NCBI GenBank assembly: GCA_951406725.2
Contig: OX597817.1
Span: 59,892,001-59,956,000, forward strand
Reading direction: 5' to 3'
Source: Octopus vulgaris
Taxonomy: Eukaryota
DNA length: 64,000 nucleotides
The translations under genes and the position numbers were made by a program. Position 1 is the stretch's first letter. Each line of letters starts with the position of its first letter. Shown here piece by piece: positions 47,127-60,900 of this stretch. The notes below the pieces were generated by a model. It had not been told where the DNA came from. It searched no databases and worked only from the letters and a program-made list of their open reading frames with translations.

Positions 47127-47871
47127 GTACATGCTGAAAAACGGTTGGTATTAAAGCCATAAAAACTATGTCAAAGCAGACCGTAGAACATAATACAGAT
47201 CTTGGGACCATTGGATCCTGTCAAACTGTCCAGTCCCTGCCAGTATGGAAAATGGATTTTAAAGGATAATGTAACAATTTGGGTAGAGTTAGTCATGTAT
47301 GGGAGGTAATTGATAACTACTCCCTTAATATCCCTAGCAATTGTGTACTTGAGATTATCAGGTCAGCATTTCATGAAAGAAATATGTTGAGTTGTGAAGG
47401 TTGCAGGTTGTTGTGGCCACCCCACCAGAAACCAAATGTGGCTGTATACTAAGAATTTTGCTTCCCAACCCTATGGCTTCATGTTCATTCTTACTGCTTG
47501 ACACCTTGGACAAGTGCCCTCTGCTATAACCCTTGGTCAAAAAAAGCCTTCTGAGTGGATGTGGTGGACAGAAATTGAAAAAAGCCCATCATGTATGTGT
47601 GTATATATATGTACATGTGTGTATGTTTGTTATTGCAGCCTTGCCCTGACATCACAATAATAGTAAACAAGTGCCACCATCACACTAGTGATGTCCATTT
47701 CCAATCTTCCATAGGTGCAGACATGGCTGTGTGGTAACAAACTTGCTTCCCAATCACATGGCTCCAGGTTCGGTCCCACTGCATGGCACTTTAGGAAAAA
47801 GTGTCTTCTACTATAGCCTCGAGCCAGCCAAAGCATTGAGTGGATTTGGTAGACGGAAACTGAAAGAAGCC

Positions 47872-47921
<50 letters not shown>

Positions 47922-50900
47922 TTGTGTCTGTTTCTCCATTAGAATCTCTATGCAGCATCTTTATATCTTTAACTGGTTTCAGTAATTGGACTGTGGCCAT
48001 GCTGGAGCACAGTCTTGAAGGATTTAGTCAAACCAATCAACCACAGTACTTGTTTCTTTCTTTTAAAGTCTGCTACATATTCAATTGGTCTCTTTTGGGG
48101 GTGGAGGACAAACAGACACAAATATATCATCATCATTTAACATGTGCCTTCCATGTTGGCATGGACCGGATGTTTTGGTAGCGTCCAGTGAGCTGCGTCG
48201 GGTTCCAGTGTCTGCTTTGGCATGGCCTCTATCACTGGATGCCCTTCCTAAGACCAACCACTTCAAAGTGTGCTGGGTGCTGTTAGTCATATATATATAT
48301 ATATGCTCACACACACACAATGGGCTTCAACACAATTTCCATCAATAAAATTCTCTCACAAGGCATTGGTTGGCCTGAGGCTATAATACAAGACTCCTAC
48401 CCAAGATACTGCACAGAGGGACTGAACCTGAAAAGCAAGCTTCTTAACCACACAGCCATGCCTGTGCCTATGTATGCAGAGGAGGACGCCTGTGTGGCAG
48501 GTTCGAATAGAGTGAAGGCTGACATTATCTAACACAAGTCTTTACAGCAAGTAATTCATGCAGACAACAACCGCTTCCAACATGCAATGTTCCGATGTCA
48601 GTCTACAATCACAATATTTATAAATAGAATCTAGACATCCATTCACAGCATGAGGAACTATTTCTGCCGTTTGTTTATCAATATTTATGTCATTATTTAT
48701 CTGATCTTCATTATGTTTATCCTGAAGAATAACGAATGTATTATTTATTACCTGCTTCTGGTTTGTCATTTTATCATCCCCACTGATACCAAACAGGAAC
48801 AGCAGCTTCACAAGCCATTAATAATGGCTATTGTATTAGTCTGCTTATTAAAAGCAAACAAACTAAAGTCTTCCCGAGTGTGGTGTTTATTTGGCAACTC
48901 AGAAGCCTGGGGTTCAAATCTGCTTTTAAATCTATTTTAACATTTGTGACTATCATCATCATCATTTAACGTCCGTTTTCCATGCTAGAATGGGTTGAAC
49001 GGTTTGACCGGGGTCTGGGAAGCCAGGAGGCTGCAACAGGCTCCAGTCTGATCTGGCAGTGTTTCTACAGCTGGATGCCCTTCCTAACGCCAACCACTCC
49101 ATGAGTGTAGTGGGTGTTTTTTACGTGCCAGGGGAGGCTGGCAAACGGCTACGATCGATTGATGCTTTTACGTGTCACTGACACGGACGCCAGCCAGGCG
49201 GCGCTGGCATCTGCCACGTTCAGACGGTGCCTTTTACGTGTCACTGGCATAGGTATCTTAACTACAATTTCCATTTGAAATTTTATCTTGATGTCCTTCC
49301 AACAAATCCATTCGGATCAGGATGGCATCGACGTATTTTCCAAGGTTTGCATCCTACAATATTCGCCCCTTTTGTTACCATATTTCTGTTGAGATACATT
49401 GCTTCTGTTTCAATTTAATTTGGAAATAACAAATTTAGTAGAATGTCACCTTACTGGCACTTGTGCCCGTGCTAGTAGGATGCCAAGAGCACCATTTGAG
49501 TGTGATCGTTGCCAGAGCAGCCAACTGGCTTCCATGCCAGTGACACGTAAAAGGGCACCATTTGAGCGCGATCGTTACCAACATCACCTTACTGGCACCT
49601 GTGCTGGTGGTATGTGTAAAAGGATTCGAGCGAGGTCGTTGCCAGTACCGCCTGACTGGCCCCTGTGCCGGTGGCACATAAAAAGCACCCACTACACTCT
49701 TGGAGTGGTTGGCATTAGGAAGGGCATCCAGCTATAGAAATACTACCAAATCAAGATTGGAGCCTGGTGCAGCCATCTGGTTCACCAGCCCTCAGTCAAA
49801 ATCGTCCAACCCATGCTAGCATGGAAAGCGGACGTTAAACGATGATGATGAGTCTGTTTTGTTAAACTGCTAAGTCATAGGAACATAAACACACCAACAC
49901 CAGTTATCAAGAAGTGGTGGGAGACACATGACAGGCTTCTTTCAGTTTCTGCCAACCAAATCCACTCACAGGGCTTCAGTCCAAGCTTTTACTCAATTTA
50001 GTCATTGAATTGTGGCCATGCTGTAGCACTGCCTCAAAGGGTTTAGTCAAACAAATTTACACCACTATTAGTCTTTTATTCTTTCTTTTCTACTCGATGC
50101 ACAAGACCCAAAATTTTCGGGGAAGGAGCCAGTTGATTAGATCAGCCTCCAGTACGCAACTGGTATTTAATTTATCGACCCCCGAAAGGATGAAAGGCCA
50201 AGTCGACCTCGGCAGAATTTGAACTCAGAACGTAAAGACAGACAAAATACCACTAAACATTTCGCCTGGCATGCTAACGTTTCTGCCAGCTTGCCGCCTT
50301 GTCTTTTAATTATTCTATTGGTCTCTATTGATGAATCACTAAATAAACAACACTGGTTGTCAAGCAGTGATAGGGGGACAAAACAAACACATATATACAT
50401 GATGGATGTCCAGTTTCTGCTTACCAAATTCGTTGGTTGTTCAGCTGAGGGGGTGATAACAGAGGACTCTTACTTGCCCAAGCAGTGGGACTGAACCTGA
50501 AACCACATAGTTTCAATGTGAGCATCTTAACATTGCAGCCATGTCTGCACCTATATAATTTTTGCTTAAATCAGGCAAGATGAGTTACAAAACAAAGAAG
50601 GGTCAATTGAACATCAATGACATTGAAAATGTCAGACAAAATTTCTTTGGGCTTAAAACATCAAAACATCTCCCATTCCTGCATCAAAGAATCAAAACGA
50701 ACAGCATTGCTGATTGACTTCATGAAAATCTAAGACAACATTTGCAGAGGTTTTAAATGATAAAATTTCATTACTGAACACCAGAGCAATTTGTGAATCA
50801 TCTGGTTCTATCCAGAGGTTTATCATCATCATTTAATGTCAGCTTTCCATGCTGGCATACGTTGAATGGTCTGACAGGAAGTGGCATGGTCAGGTGCCAC

Positions 50901-51216
50901 ACCAGGTTCCGTTGTCCGATTAGGACCTTCCAAATGCCAACCACTTTACAGAGTGTCCTGGGTTCACTTTTATGTAACATCAGCACCAACAGGGTCACCA
51001 TGTACCTTGCAAGACAAAAACTGCTCAACTGCGATGATAGAAATCCATTAACCTCCTTCTTACTAGATTTCTTTTGAAATACACTTAGTTTCAATTAATT
51101 TTGAAAATAACGAAGAATTTAGTAAAATAATAACTGTCATGATTAAGTTGTTGTTTAGAACGTAAATAAACATGAAATTCGTATCCTAGGAATGGTCTCA
51201 TGCAAGAAGTATCAAA

Positions 51217-51745
51217 AAAGTGAAACTTATCATCATCATTGTTCGACTGTGGTCGAGACAATGGAATGTTACGCCAGACTTCACGGTCCATCATAGCATT
51301 ATGGAGGTCCTGTTGCTGGATGCCTGTATCCCTGGAGATTACATCAGAGTAAGAGAGTGTGCGCCCTCTGGTATCGTGAGCAGATGGCTTCCAGAGAAGA
51401 GTAGAAATTACCTCATTTTCAGCTCTACAACAATGTCCAGCAAACTGGACTCTTCTACCTTTTACTAGAGATAATACAGGTGGTAATTTCCCATATATTT
51501 CTAACTAGAATGGGTATGGCCTGGTCAGCCTGTAATGATATGCATAAGATCTGGTCATCAAATCTAAGTAGAGATTTCAAACTTAAAATCTTCAAAGCCA
51601 CAGTCGAACCAGTTCTACTATATGGCTCAGAAACCTGGACGTTATCAAAGAAGCATGAGAGGCAGTTGGATGGAACTTACACTCACCTCCTTATCAGAGC
51701 TCAAAATCTCTCGTGGAGGCGTCATCCAACCAAAGTGAAACTTAT
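51217..51745 (-). mobile_element. Second RTE-like LINE family, 5'-truncated and 5'-inverted, with 14-bp TSD
   Basis: LLYGSETW-containing segment on +, 3' segment and (GAT)n tail on -, AAAGTGAAACTTAT on both sides. Confidence 0.85.
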
Positions 51746-54700
51746 GGATACAGAAGCAACTTGAGAATGCAATCATCTTTCATCCTACACTATGAAGATA
51801 CAAGAGCTAGTAGTGATCCTGGACAGTGCAGCAAATCTCTTCGATGTTCAATCTAGGAAGCATATTGCAGGGTGACATTTTGGTTTCTTATACCAATGGC
51901 AGAAAGGTAATTATGTCATCTGTCAACTAAGAACCTGGAAGCTGTCATAAAGGTAACATTATAAGAAATAAATACTTTAGCAACAGGTGAGTCTATGTTG
52001 TATGGCTGTGACACATGGACACACATATAAACGTCAGGAAAAATAATGAAATGGAATGTACACCTACATGTTGGTTCTTAAAATCATTTGGTAAAAACAT
52101 TGAACTTAAGATTGGTGGTGGTGCGAGTGTTCCAACTGAAAAGATAAACGAGACAAAGACGGCAACTGGCGGATTACTGCTTGAGGAGACATCTTGAAGA
52201 GCACGGCAAATCTATGTTGTGAAAGCCAATAGATGAAGTGAAGGGGACGAACCATCAACTTCAATGATATTAGCTTGAAGGAAACTGCACTGGAAATACA
52301 ATCAATGATGATGGCTTCAAACAACCAGAAAAGGAAAATATATTTCTTTGGTTCCATCCGATGAGATGATGAAAGTGTACATCCAGAATATCGCTTCTTC
52401 TGTTCAGTTGCATATTTGGCACCAAATATTGTTCCTGGTGAATTTTCTTATTGCCATAATTTGAATTGTTAAATGTTCCTGAAAAAATGATGATCACCGA
52501 ATCTTATTCGTCCTCCAATCCTATAAAATCAAATCATTTAGTCAAACAAGAAATCAAAAGCACAGCCAGACCCAAGGGTCTTGTTGAAATAGATACACTG
52601 ATTACAAAGTCTTGGCTACTGAGATTATGTTTATCTTCACTCAGATTTAGAGATAAATCAGAGCAGGAGAAACAAATATTCCCCTGCCACTCTCCAAAAT
52701 AGGGAGCAAAAAGGATTCGAGTTTGCGGGAAACACAGGAGATAAAATAACACTTCAACCATTGATCTGAATAAACAGAATTCATTCTTCGTTCATTTAAC
52801 AGGAACAATGAAGGGGGGGGTGGTGCTCAGGATTAAAAGTTTTATCTTTATTTTATGCTCAGGCAATATTCGACTGGGATCAGCTTTGTCTTGTTTATCT
52901 TAGAAGATTGATAAAATGGACAAGAAGTTGTTTCAATTGACCATATTGACACCAGTGAAAATTGCTGTGCTAATTCAAAAGAGATTTCGTGTGGCAAGCA
53001 GAGTTAAGGGCAGAGAGAAGTTGGAATTGTCAGTCAATCAGAACACAGGTGAAAGAGGAGCAAACAAGTTGTAATAAAGGGAGTCAAAGTGCTTTTGTTT
53101 TACTTTACCTTTCAACTTTCTAAAGTCACTGAAACAAGCACCAACTCAATCAACCGTGTCCTTCCTGATGGCTTTGTGTCAATATAATTCATGAGAATTA
53201 TGAACTACGATGGACCAGCAGAAACAGAGTAATGAATCAAATGATTGCAGTATTTTTATTCAGCTGTGTTCCAAGCTCAAACCTTACCTTTCAATCTAAA
53301 CAGGCAGTTAGTTCTACGTTGGACTCAGTAGACAAGGCAACTTCTTCCGAACTGTGACCGTGTATCAGGGTACACAAAAAAAAAAAAAAAAAAATCATGG
53401 GCCTATGAAATATCTGCTCCATATTCCTGGCAATGATGCGTATTACCTGTCTGGATTTAACATTAACTGCTTCACTTTGGCCATAGATTCCAGAGCAATT
53501 GTTTTCTATCTGAACAGGACAATGCTGAATGGAAGTACAGATTTCTTTCAACTCGTCAAACAATCCTCAAACAAAATGAGTTTGGTGCAAAATAGGGGAG
53601 AGAGATCCCAACTTACGCAACATGTAACCTTTGACTTGTTTTTTTTTTTTTAAAAGCAAAGTAAAATGAAACAAAATTAAATATATACAAATTTCTCTTT
53701 ATAAAAATTGACATGATTCATTTTTATTTTGATGGGAATGGATTGTATCACTTTGTGAAGTCCAGGTGACATAAAATACTGGTCGTTCTCACTGCATGAT
53801 GCAGGCATGTGCAGTACCCCCACCACCCTGTTGAGAAATAATACGAGGGGGAAAAAAAAGAGGAAAAGAAAAAAAATCAATCACTCCAATAAAATCATGT
53901 TGAGCAAAACAGTTGAATGGTTAACTAAAAGTACATGAAGAATGAATGGCTCAAAGAAAAATATCAACCCAAGTAAATCATTGGAATAATGGTTCTGTTT
54001 GGTGAAAGATGGTTCTACAGCCGACAGACAAGTGGGGAATGATGCAGAGAAATGGAATGGTTGCTGCCCTATGAGAGGATTATCGTTTGATTGATGCAGT
54101 GTGTGTGTGTGAGTGAGGATGATGAATGAACAAAGTGTTGAAGTATTATGAGCTGCACTTCTATACTACAAACAAGGATTCTACAAAATCAGGAAAACGT
54201 AAAGCTGGGATAGAGACAGCTTTCAAAGATGGAGAGAAGAAAGACAGGAAGATGGTTTTTATAAGACGCATCAAATAGAAATTGCAGATTTCCTGAATTT
54301 CAAAGCAGTAAATTCAAAACCAAACAGATTAAGAAAAGGGAAAAGCAACTCTGAAAAGAAATGAAAAGCAACTGATCGTGGTGAACTAATATACTTTGAA
54401 GAGAAATTAGTTGCTTTATAAACATAGAACTAATTATGAATCTTGTATTTAGCAAATTTATGAATTGTAAGAACCATACCTGCAGTTTTAATGAATGAAT
54501 GAACTTTTAAATAGTTTAACAATTTGACTGTTTTGATTTTTTTTTTTGTTCCTAACAACATTCACCAATCTTAGCTTCTTTTTAATGGAGGGATTAACTT
54601 ATCCAGTCAATGGATATCTGATAATCAAATTCATTTTATGTTAAACTATTAAAATCTTGATAATATTGAAAATAGATCCATCAACACACCACAGCCGTTT

Positions 54701-57700
54701 TTTAAGAGAATCAAAATGAAAGAATGAAAGAGTTGGTTGATAAAATACAAAATGAAGACAGAAGTGCCTGACTATAATCCAAGTGAAAAAGAAAGGAAAA
54801 TCATCTTTAAATAAAATCAAATTTGCCCTTATTTAACATAATTAAGCACTTCAACACTTTGGAGTAGAAACAAAAAAAAAAAAAACAATCTTTTAATAAA
54901 AAAAAATTTAATTGAAAGACATACGTTTTAGCAGATGATTGTATTGTGTTGTTCATTTCTCATTTTCTTAGGATATGATTATGATTTGTGACGTGTGTGT
55001 GGAGGGGGAATTAAATAGGATGAAATACATTCAACAACCGAAATAATCCACTCTAAAGCAAGAAATGATGAGAAACTGATAATGTTACAGACTACATCTG
55101 GTGAGCAAAGAGAAGTAATCCAAGTTGCAAACATTTACTCTCAAGATGATTCCATGCTAAAGGAAACAGGACCATTCTAGAACTGGTCAGTCTTTCACCT
55201 CTGGTTTTCACACACAATAACAACAACCAACAAATCAAACAGTTTAATGGAAACTGACATTTGATCCATACCTGGCTTTTTTTAATCTTTCTTTTTTTTT
55301 GGTTATTTTCTTCTCAAACTTTTTTACATTCACTTTTCCATGCCAACGCAAGTTAAATAGTTTTGACAAAATCAGGTTTTTCTTTTGAGACTCAGAAGAA
55401 CAAGTTCTGTTTTTTTTTTTTTCCTCGTTCCCCATCTCCCACCTCCAGTAAAAACCATCCGATCACTACATGGAACTGGGGACACAAACTTCACTTATTT
55501 AAACGGAGACAAACAAGACCAAAGTGCTGTGCTTTGTCACAAAGCAACTAATTACACGATGGTCAAGAATCTGGCACTGTGAACACTATGGTCAATTTCT
55601 TTGAAGTGCCATAATGCAGGCATGATTAGGTGATTAACAAGCTTGGTTTGAAAACATTGGTTTCAGGTTCAGTCCCATTGTGCAGCATCTCAAACAAGTG
55701 CTTTTTTTTACTAAAGCCTCAAGAGGACCTAGATCTTAGGAGTGAATTTGGTAGATGGAAAAGGAGTGGAAGCTCAGTGTGTATGTATGGGGAGGGGGGA
55801 ATGGATTTGTTTCTTGCCTGTCCTGTTTGACAACCAAAGTTGGTTTGTTTACGTCTCTGTAACCTAATGGTTTGATAATAGTGCCAGATTTCAATAAATA
55901 AGTACAGGGTCAATGCATTTGAATAAAACCCATTCAAGGTGGTGCCCCAGCATGATCACAGTTCATTAACTGAACCAAGATGAAAGCAGTGTTGTACCAT
56001 TAAGGCAATGCATATGTATTACTGATCTTAAGTTGCACAACTACTGCCAAGCAGAATGTTTGGTGGTAGAAAGGATAGGCAGTCAGTCATTAAAAAAACA
56101 AAAAAAAAAAAAACAAACTTGTTCCAACACTTTATATTTAGAAAAACACAAAATTTGCAAAAATATTTAACTCATGTCCATTTGAAAGTAAAAAGAAAGA
56201 ATAAAAAAGCTATTCAGAAAAAGCCTTTTTTTTAAAAAAAAAATAAATAAAAACTGGTTTCAACATTAAAGCAGAAAAATAATAAAAGAAACAAATCAAA
56301 CAGGCCTCAAACTAGATGCACATAGTTTTTATGTAAAACATTGCAGTTTTATCTAAATGGCTGTTGCTGCTGAAGAAAAATATTGAAAAACCAAAAACAA
56401 AAAATCCATGAGTTTGCAATTTGAGTTATTGAAAGAAATTGTTCAAAGGAAACCAATTAAAAATGGTTCATTTTATTTGGCCCAGAACAATAATTCTTGA
56501 TCAGTAAAACCTGAAGTAAATAAACTTAATTCCATTAAGGATCATCCTGTTGCAAGATTCAGGATTAGCTGCAATACCCAGACAGATTTTTTGTTTTCTT
56601 TTTCAATTCAAATTCATGAAGAAAAAAAATTAATTAATAAATCACTGCAATTAAACCTAGGTATATATTTACTGAGGCAGATACCATAGCAAACAGTTTG
56701 TAAAGCTACTAAATTCAATAGAAATTAATTACGTGTAACAAAGCTAATAAAATCTAATTTTGTGGCCTGGTTTTAGGTTGTTATGCTAACACTAGGGTTC
56801 ACGGGTTTCTTCCTGAACCAGATGTGCTCAAGCAAGGCCCTTCATTACTTCTCATTTGAAAGGAGTGCCAGCCTAATACTAGTGCAGTCCTCCTCTCCAC
56901 CTCTTGTGGCCTGGATCTTCTTCTGCTGGTTCAATGACGGGGGGGTTCACAACTACCAACAGCAATTAGCAAAATCATGGTAAATGCTACCAAGTCACAG
57001 CTATGGTTATTCTGGGGAACTCTCAAGTACTCACGACATAATAGTTAATACTAATCAGCCAATTCTTCAATTAGACATAAGTGAATGAAAATATAAAGTA
57101 TTTCACTAAAAACTGAAGCAGAATATGAGCAAGATTAGCCAGCAGTTGTCAAGGGTATTTAAAAATCATATCCTGTGAGGTGGTTGGCATTAGGAAGGAC
57201 ATCCAGTCATAAAAACCACGCCAAAGTAGACAGTGGCATTTGGTAGAGTCTTTTGGCTTTATTGTCCAGCCCATAGCAGCATGGAAGACAAACGTTAAAT
57301 GTTGATGAGGATGATGATGATGATGATTATGAGGTTGACAGACATGCATCACATTCTCATAGCTGCTTAACATTCATTGTCTGATGCAGATGAGAGAAAG
57401 ATTTTCTCTTCTGATAGAATTTTCTATTGCAGGACAACCAAAATAATCATTACACCTTGTCCCCTAAAAATATATGTAACAAATGCATTGAGCATTACAC
57501 AGAAAGTAATATTTTTTTCTTGTAATCTAATCACTGAATCACTTTAGATTAATTTAGAGTTTTTTAAAATCCTCTTCTAATATACAAAAAAAAGAAAAGT
57601 AAGACTATGCAACGCTAGTAGATCTGATAGTAATAACAAGCCCTTACTAAGTCCCTACCATTATCTTAATTACATAAATATATAATATTATATATATAAC

Positions 57701-57869
57701 ATAATAATAATATATAAACATATATGACATAACATGATATATATAATATATATATATATTATATAATACACAATGCTCCATACAATTTACACCCAACATT
57801 AAAAAAAATCAAGATAAAACTACAGATTGGTGAGGCCAGATTTAATTTATTGATCTTTTTTGTTTTTCC

Positions 57870-57905
<36 letters not shown>

Positions 57906-60900
57906 TTAGAGGAGGACATGTAACACAACATCTATATCATGAAAGGTCAACAAACTACTCAATACAACTAGAATTGTAAAAAATAAAAGAAACAAACATT
58001 TGGGGGGAGAGAAAAAAACTAAAAAAAAAAAAAAGAAAAAAAAAAGCACCCACAAAAGTCTACAACCTAATTGGTTATTAGTCATTTTAATAAAATGGGT
58101 AAAGAAAACAAGAGACTATACCTTAATGTTTGTTTTCATGATAGCAGTAAAACAACAAGGTGCAATCAGTTTTAAATGCAACCAATTGATGCTGTTCATA
58201 GCAACACAAGGGAAGTAATGACTAAAGTTGGTTTGTGATAATTATCTCTAATATTATTATCAATATTATCATTGTTATAACCACTTTCATTTCAATGGAT
58301 ACTGAAAGAAAATGGTAATCCATCAACAATTCACGTCTACAAACTTAATGACAGACGTCTAGATTAAAATTCCACCATTCCACCATCAGTAAAATTAGGT
58401 TGCTACCATAATTAGTACTAAATTACAAGTGGGAATTCCAATAAGTTTGGAAATCAATGGTCAGAAAGATTTCATTGGTGAATGAAACAAAAATAATTCC
58501 ACAGAAAAAGAGTGTAAAAACATGCCAATGAAACTAGTAAAAGATGCCAAACATGAAGTGAATCTAAAATTTTATATCAAAAATCTTGAATTGAATTGAA
58601 GAAGTTGTGCTAGATTTCTAATATTTTGAAAAAGCTCACAAAGAAAATACAGGGTGGGGGACAAAAAAAAAAGCTATTTGAGTTTGACGATATATGTGGA
58701 TTATAAGAATTTAATGCAAAGAAAGGCTAGCAATTGTACAAGCATAAAATGGAAACAGATAATGGAAATGCTGGCTGCGTTCCATCACAAAGAAAGCCCA
58801 AATGACTGGATTGAATTACCACAATGTAGACATTATCAAGGAAAGAAAGACTATGAAGGCCGTTTGAATCAGGAGATTGGAGGTTTTATCTAAACTGGGG
58901 TTTGTATAAAAATGATTGAAGCTTAGGAATTTTAAAGGAGGGGAGAGAGAGAGAGAGAGAGAGAACTGATGTAAGAGTTGGAAATTAAATGTTTCTTATT
59001 TAAAAGGGTTCAGTCACATTCTCTCTCAGAAAATGTAGATAGAATTAACAACCAAACAAGGATGGAAGTTAGCAGAGTTGACCATTTTCTACAACACCAC
59101 CTAATTACTTGTAACACTAAATTTTTAATAAAACAGTCATCAGAAACAGACAAATCCCATTTGCACAGCAATCTGAAATGCAATGTACTGTCCTTCTATG
59201 CCCTTACTGAATGGCACCTCTGTACGCAGTAGGAATATTCTTATATGTACACATTTACACACAAATTGGGCAGAATGCACAATTTATTTCCAGCTATTAT
59301 ATCAGAACATAAAAGCTACCACTGCCTAAGTTTTACATTCAAAGGATGAGTAGAAAATTAACTTCAATTATGTTAGCAGCAAATTTATATGTTAACACCA
59401 TTGAAGAGAAAAAAATTAAATGGCTATGATGTGTATTTAAAACTACTTCAGGATTTGCTCACGAGTAGCAGGAAGGACATCCACCCGTCTATTTGCTGTC
59501 TAACATCGCAATTGCTGTGATATGTCTGGAATAATAAAAAGGTAACTAAAATTTCAGTGGGTGAAGGCATGTTTGTCAATTAAACCTGCTTTACACACAC
59601 CAATTCCCAGAGTCACAGGTAGACTGTAATAATAATAATGATGATGATGTCAAGGTATGATGCTAACAAGATCACCTAAACAACAGGTTACATTGGCTAA
59701 AGAGCTTAATTAACTGAGATTACAATAAAATTATCAGAAGAAAACTTGTTAAGAGTAGGGAAACAAACAACCCCCAATCTAACATTAAGCATAAGAATTG
59801 TTGCCTTATATTTTATACTTTAGTAGGGGGAGAGGTTTACCATTAAATGCCTTCTATTGTCTAATATTAGCCAGGTGATTCTGTAAGGAGAAAAACTAAA
59901 TGAAGATAATGTTTAAATAACACAAATGTATCAGAATGTTATGTTGAATAAACAAAATTCTAGAAACACAACCTGATGAAAATTTGTTCTTGGTGGAATA
60001 CTGAGCTATAAATATTTTGATACAAAAGAGAGGAAACAAACAAAAGAAAACGGAATAAAAGATACCCTGTTAAATTACTTATAAACACAAAACTGAAGAA
60101 ACTAAAAGATAATTTCAAATAAATGGAATAATGGGAGAAGTGTTTGCTATTTCAATATTAGCATTAAGTGGTACACTAACATACATACACACGCACACAC
60201 ACAGCTAGTGGTACATACAGACGCCCTTATATAAGGGGGTTAGTTCAGAGTAGAGAATAGCAGTAGAAGATCAAAGTAATTTCATTTCAGCTCAAATGAA
60301 TAAAATCTGTGAAATCAGTTCTTGGAATAAAAAGAATAAAATTTTACTGTGTTATGATGAAGGATTTCAGTTGGTAGAATTCTCATTTCCTTACGAATAG
60401 ATAGATATAAATTCATCTTATTCTGGTAGAAGAGAGAGACGGTTCGTTTCATTCTTAGAATTATCCTGATCCACTAAAACCTAAATCAAAAAATCTTTTG
60501 TAGAAGGAACAATTCTTCACAAGGGCCTACTAAGTTAAATTGTTCATAAACACACACACAAACATACACACTAAACAAATGGAACTAAAATTAAACTTCA
60601 GAGATTTTTTCTTTTTTTAAAGACAACAGCAAAACAACATTTACTTACATGTGAATCACTGGCATCATAAGACAAAAAAAAAAAAGACTTAATGTACAAA
60701 ATATGGATGTAGGGAACAAAATAATTCATAAAAATTAAAATGAGTTTGGCTATATAACATGTGGATATGAAGAGTGTGTGTGAGTGTGTGTGAGCTGTGT
60801 TTGCTATTGTTGTTGTTGTTACAGTAAATGGCAACATATAAAAAGTTAGAGGGTTTTGTTCTCTAAATTGTGAAGAATGAGTTACAACTGGGAGGTTAAA

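Noticed and set aside
48542-48721. Minus-strand terminal coding exon (DKHNEDQ...MNYLL)
   Set aside because: Plausible acceptor, but no recognisable homology or linked upstream coding exon
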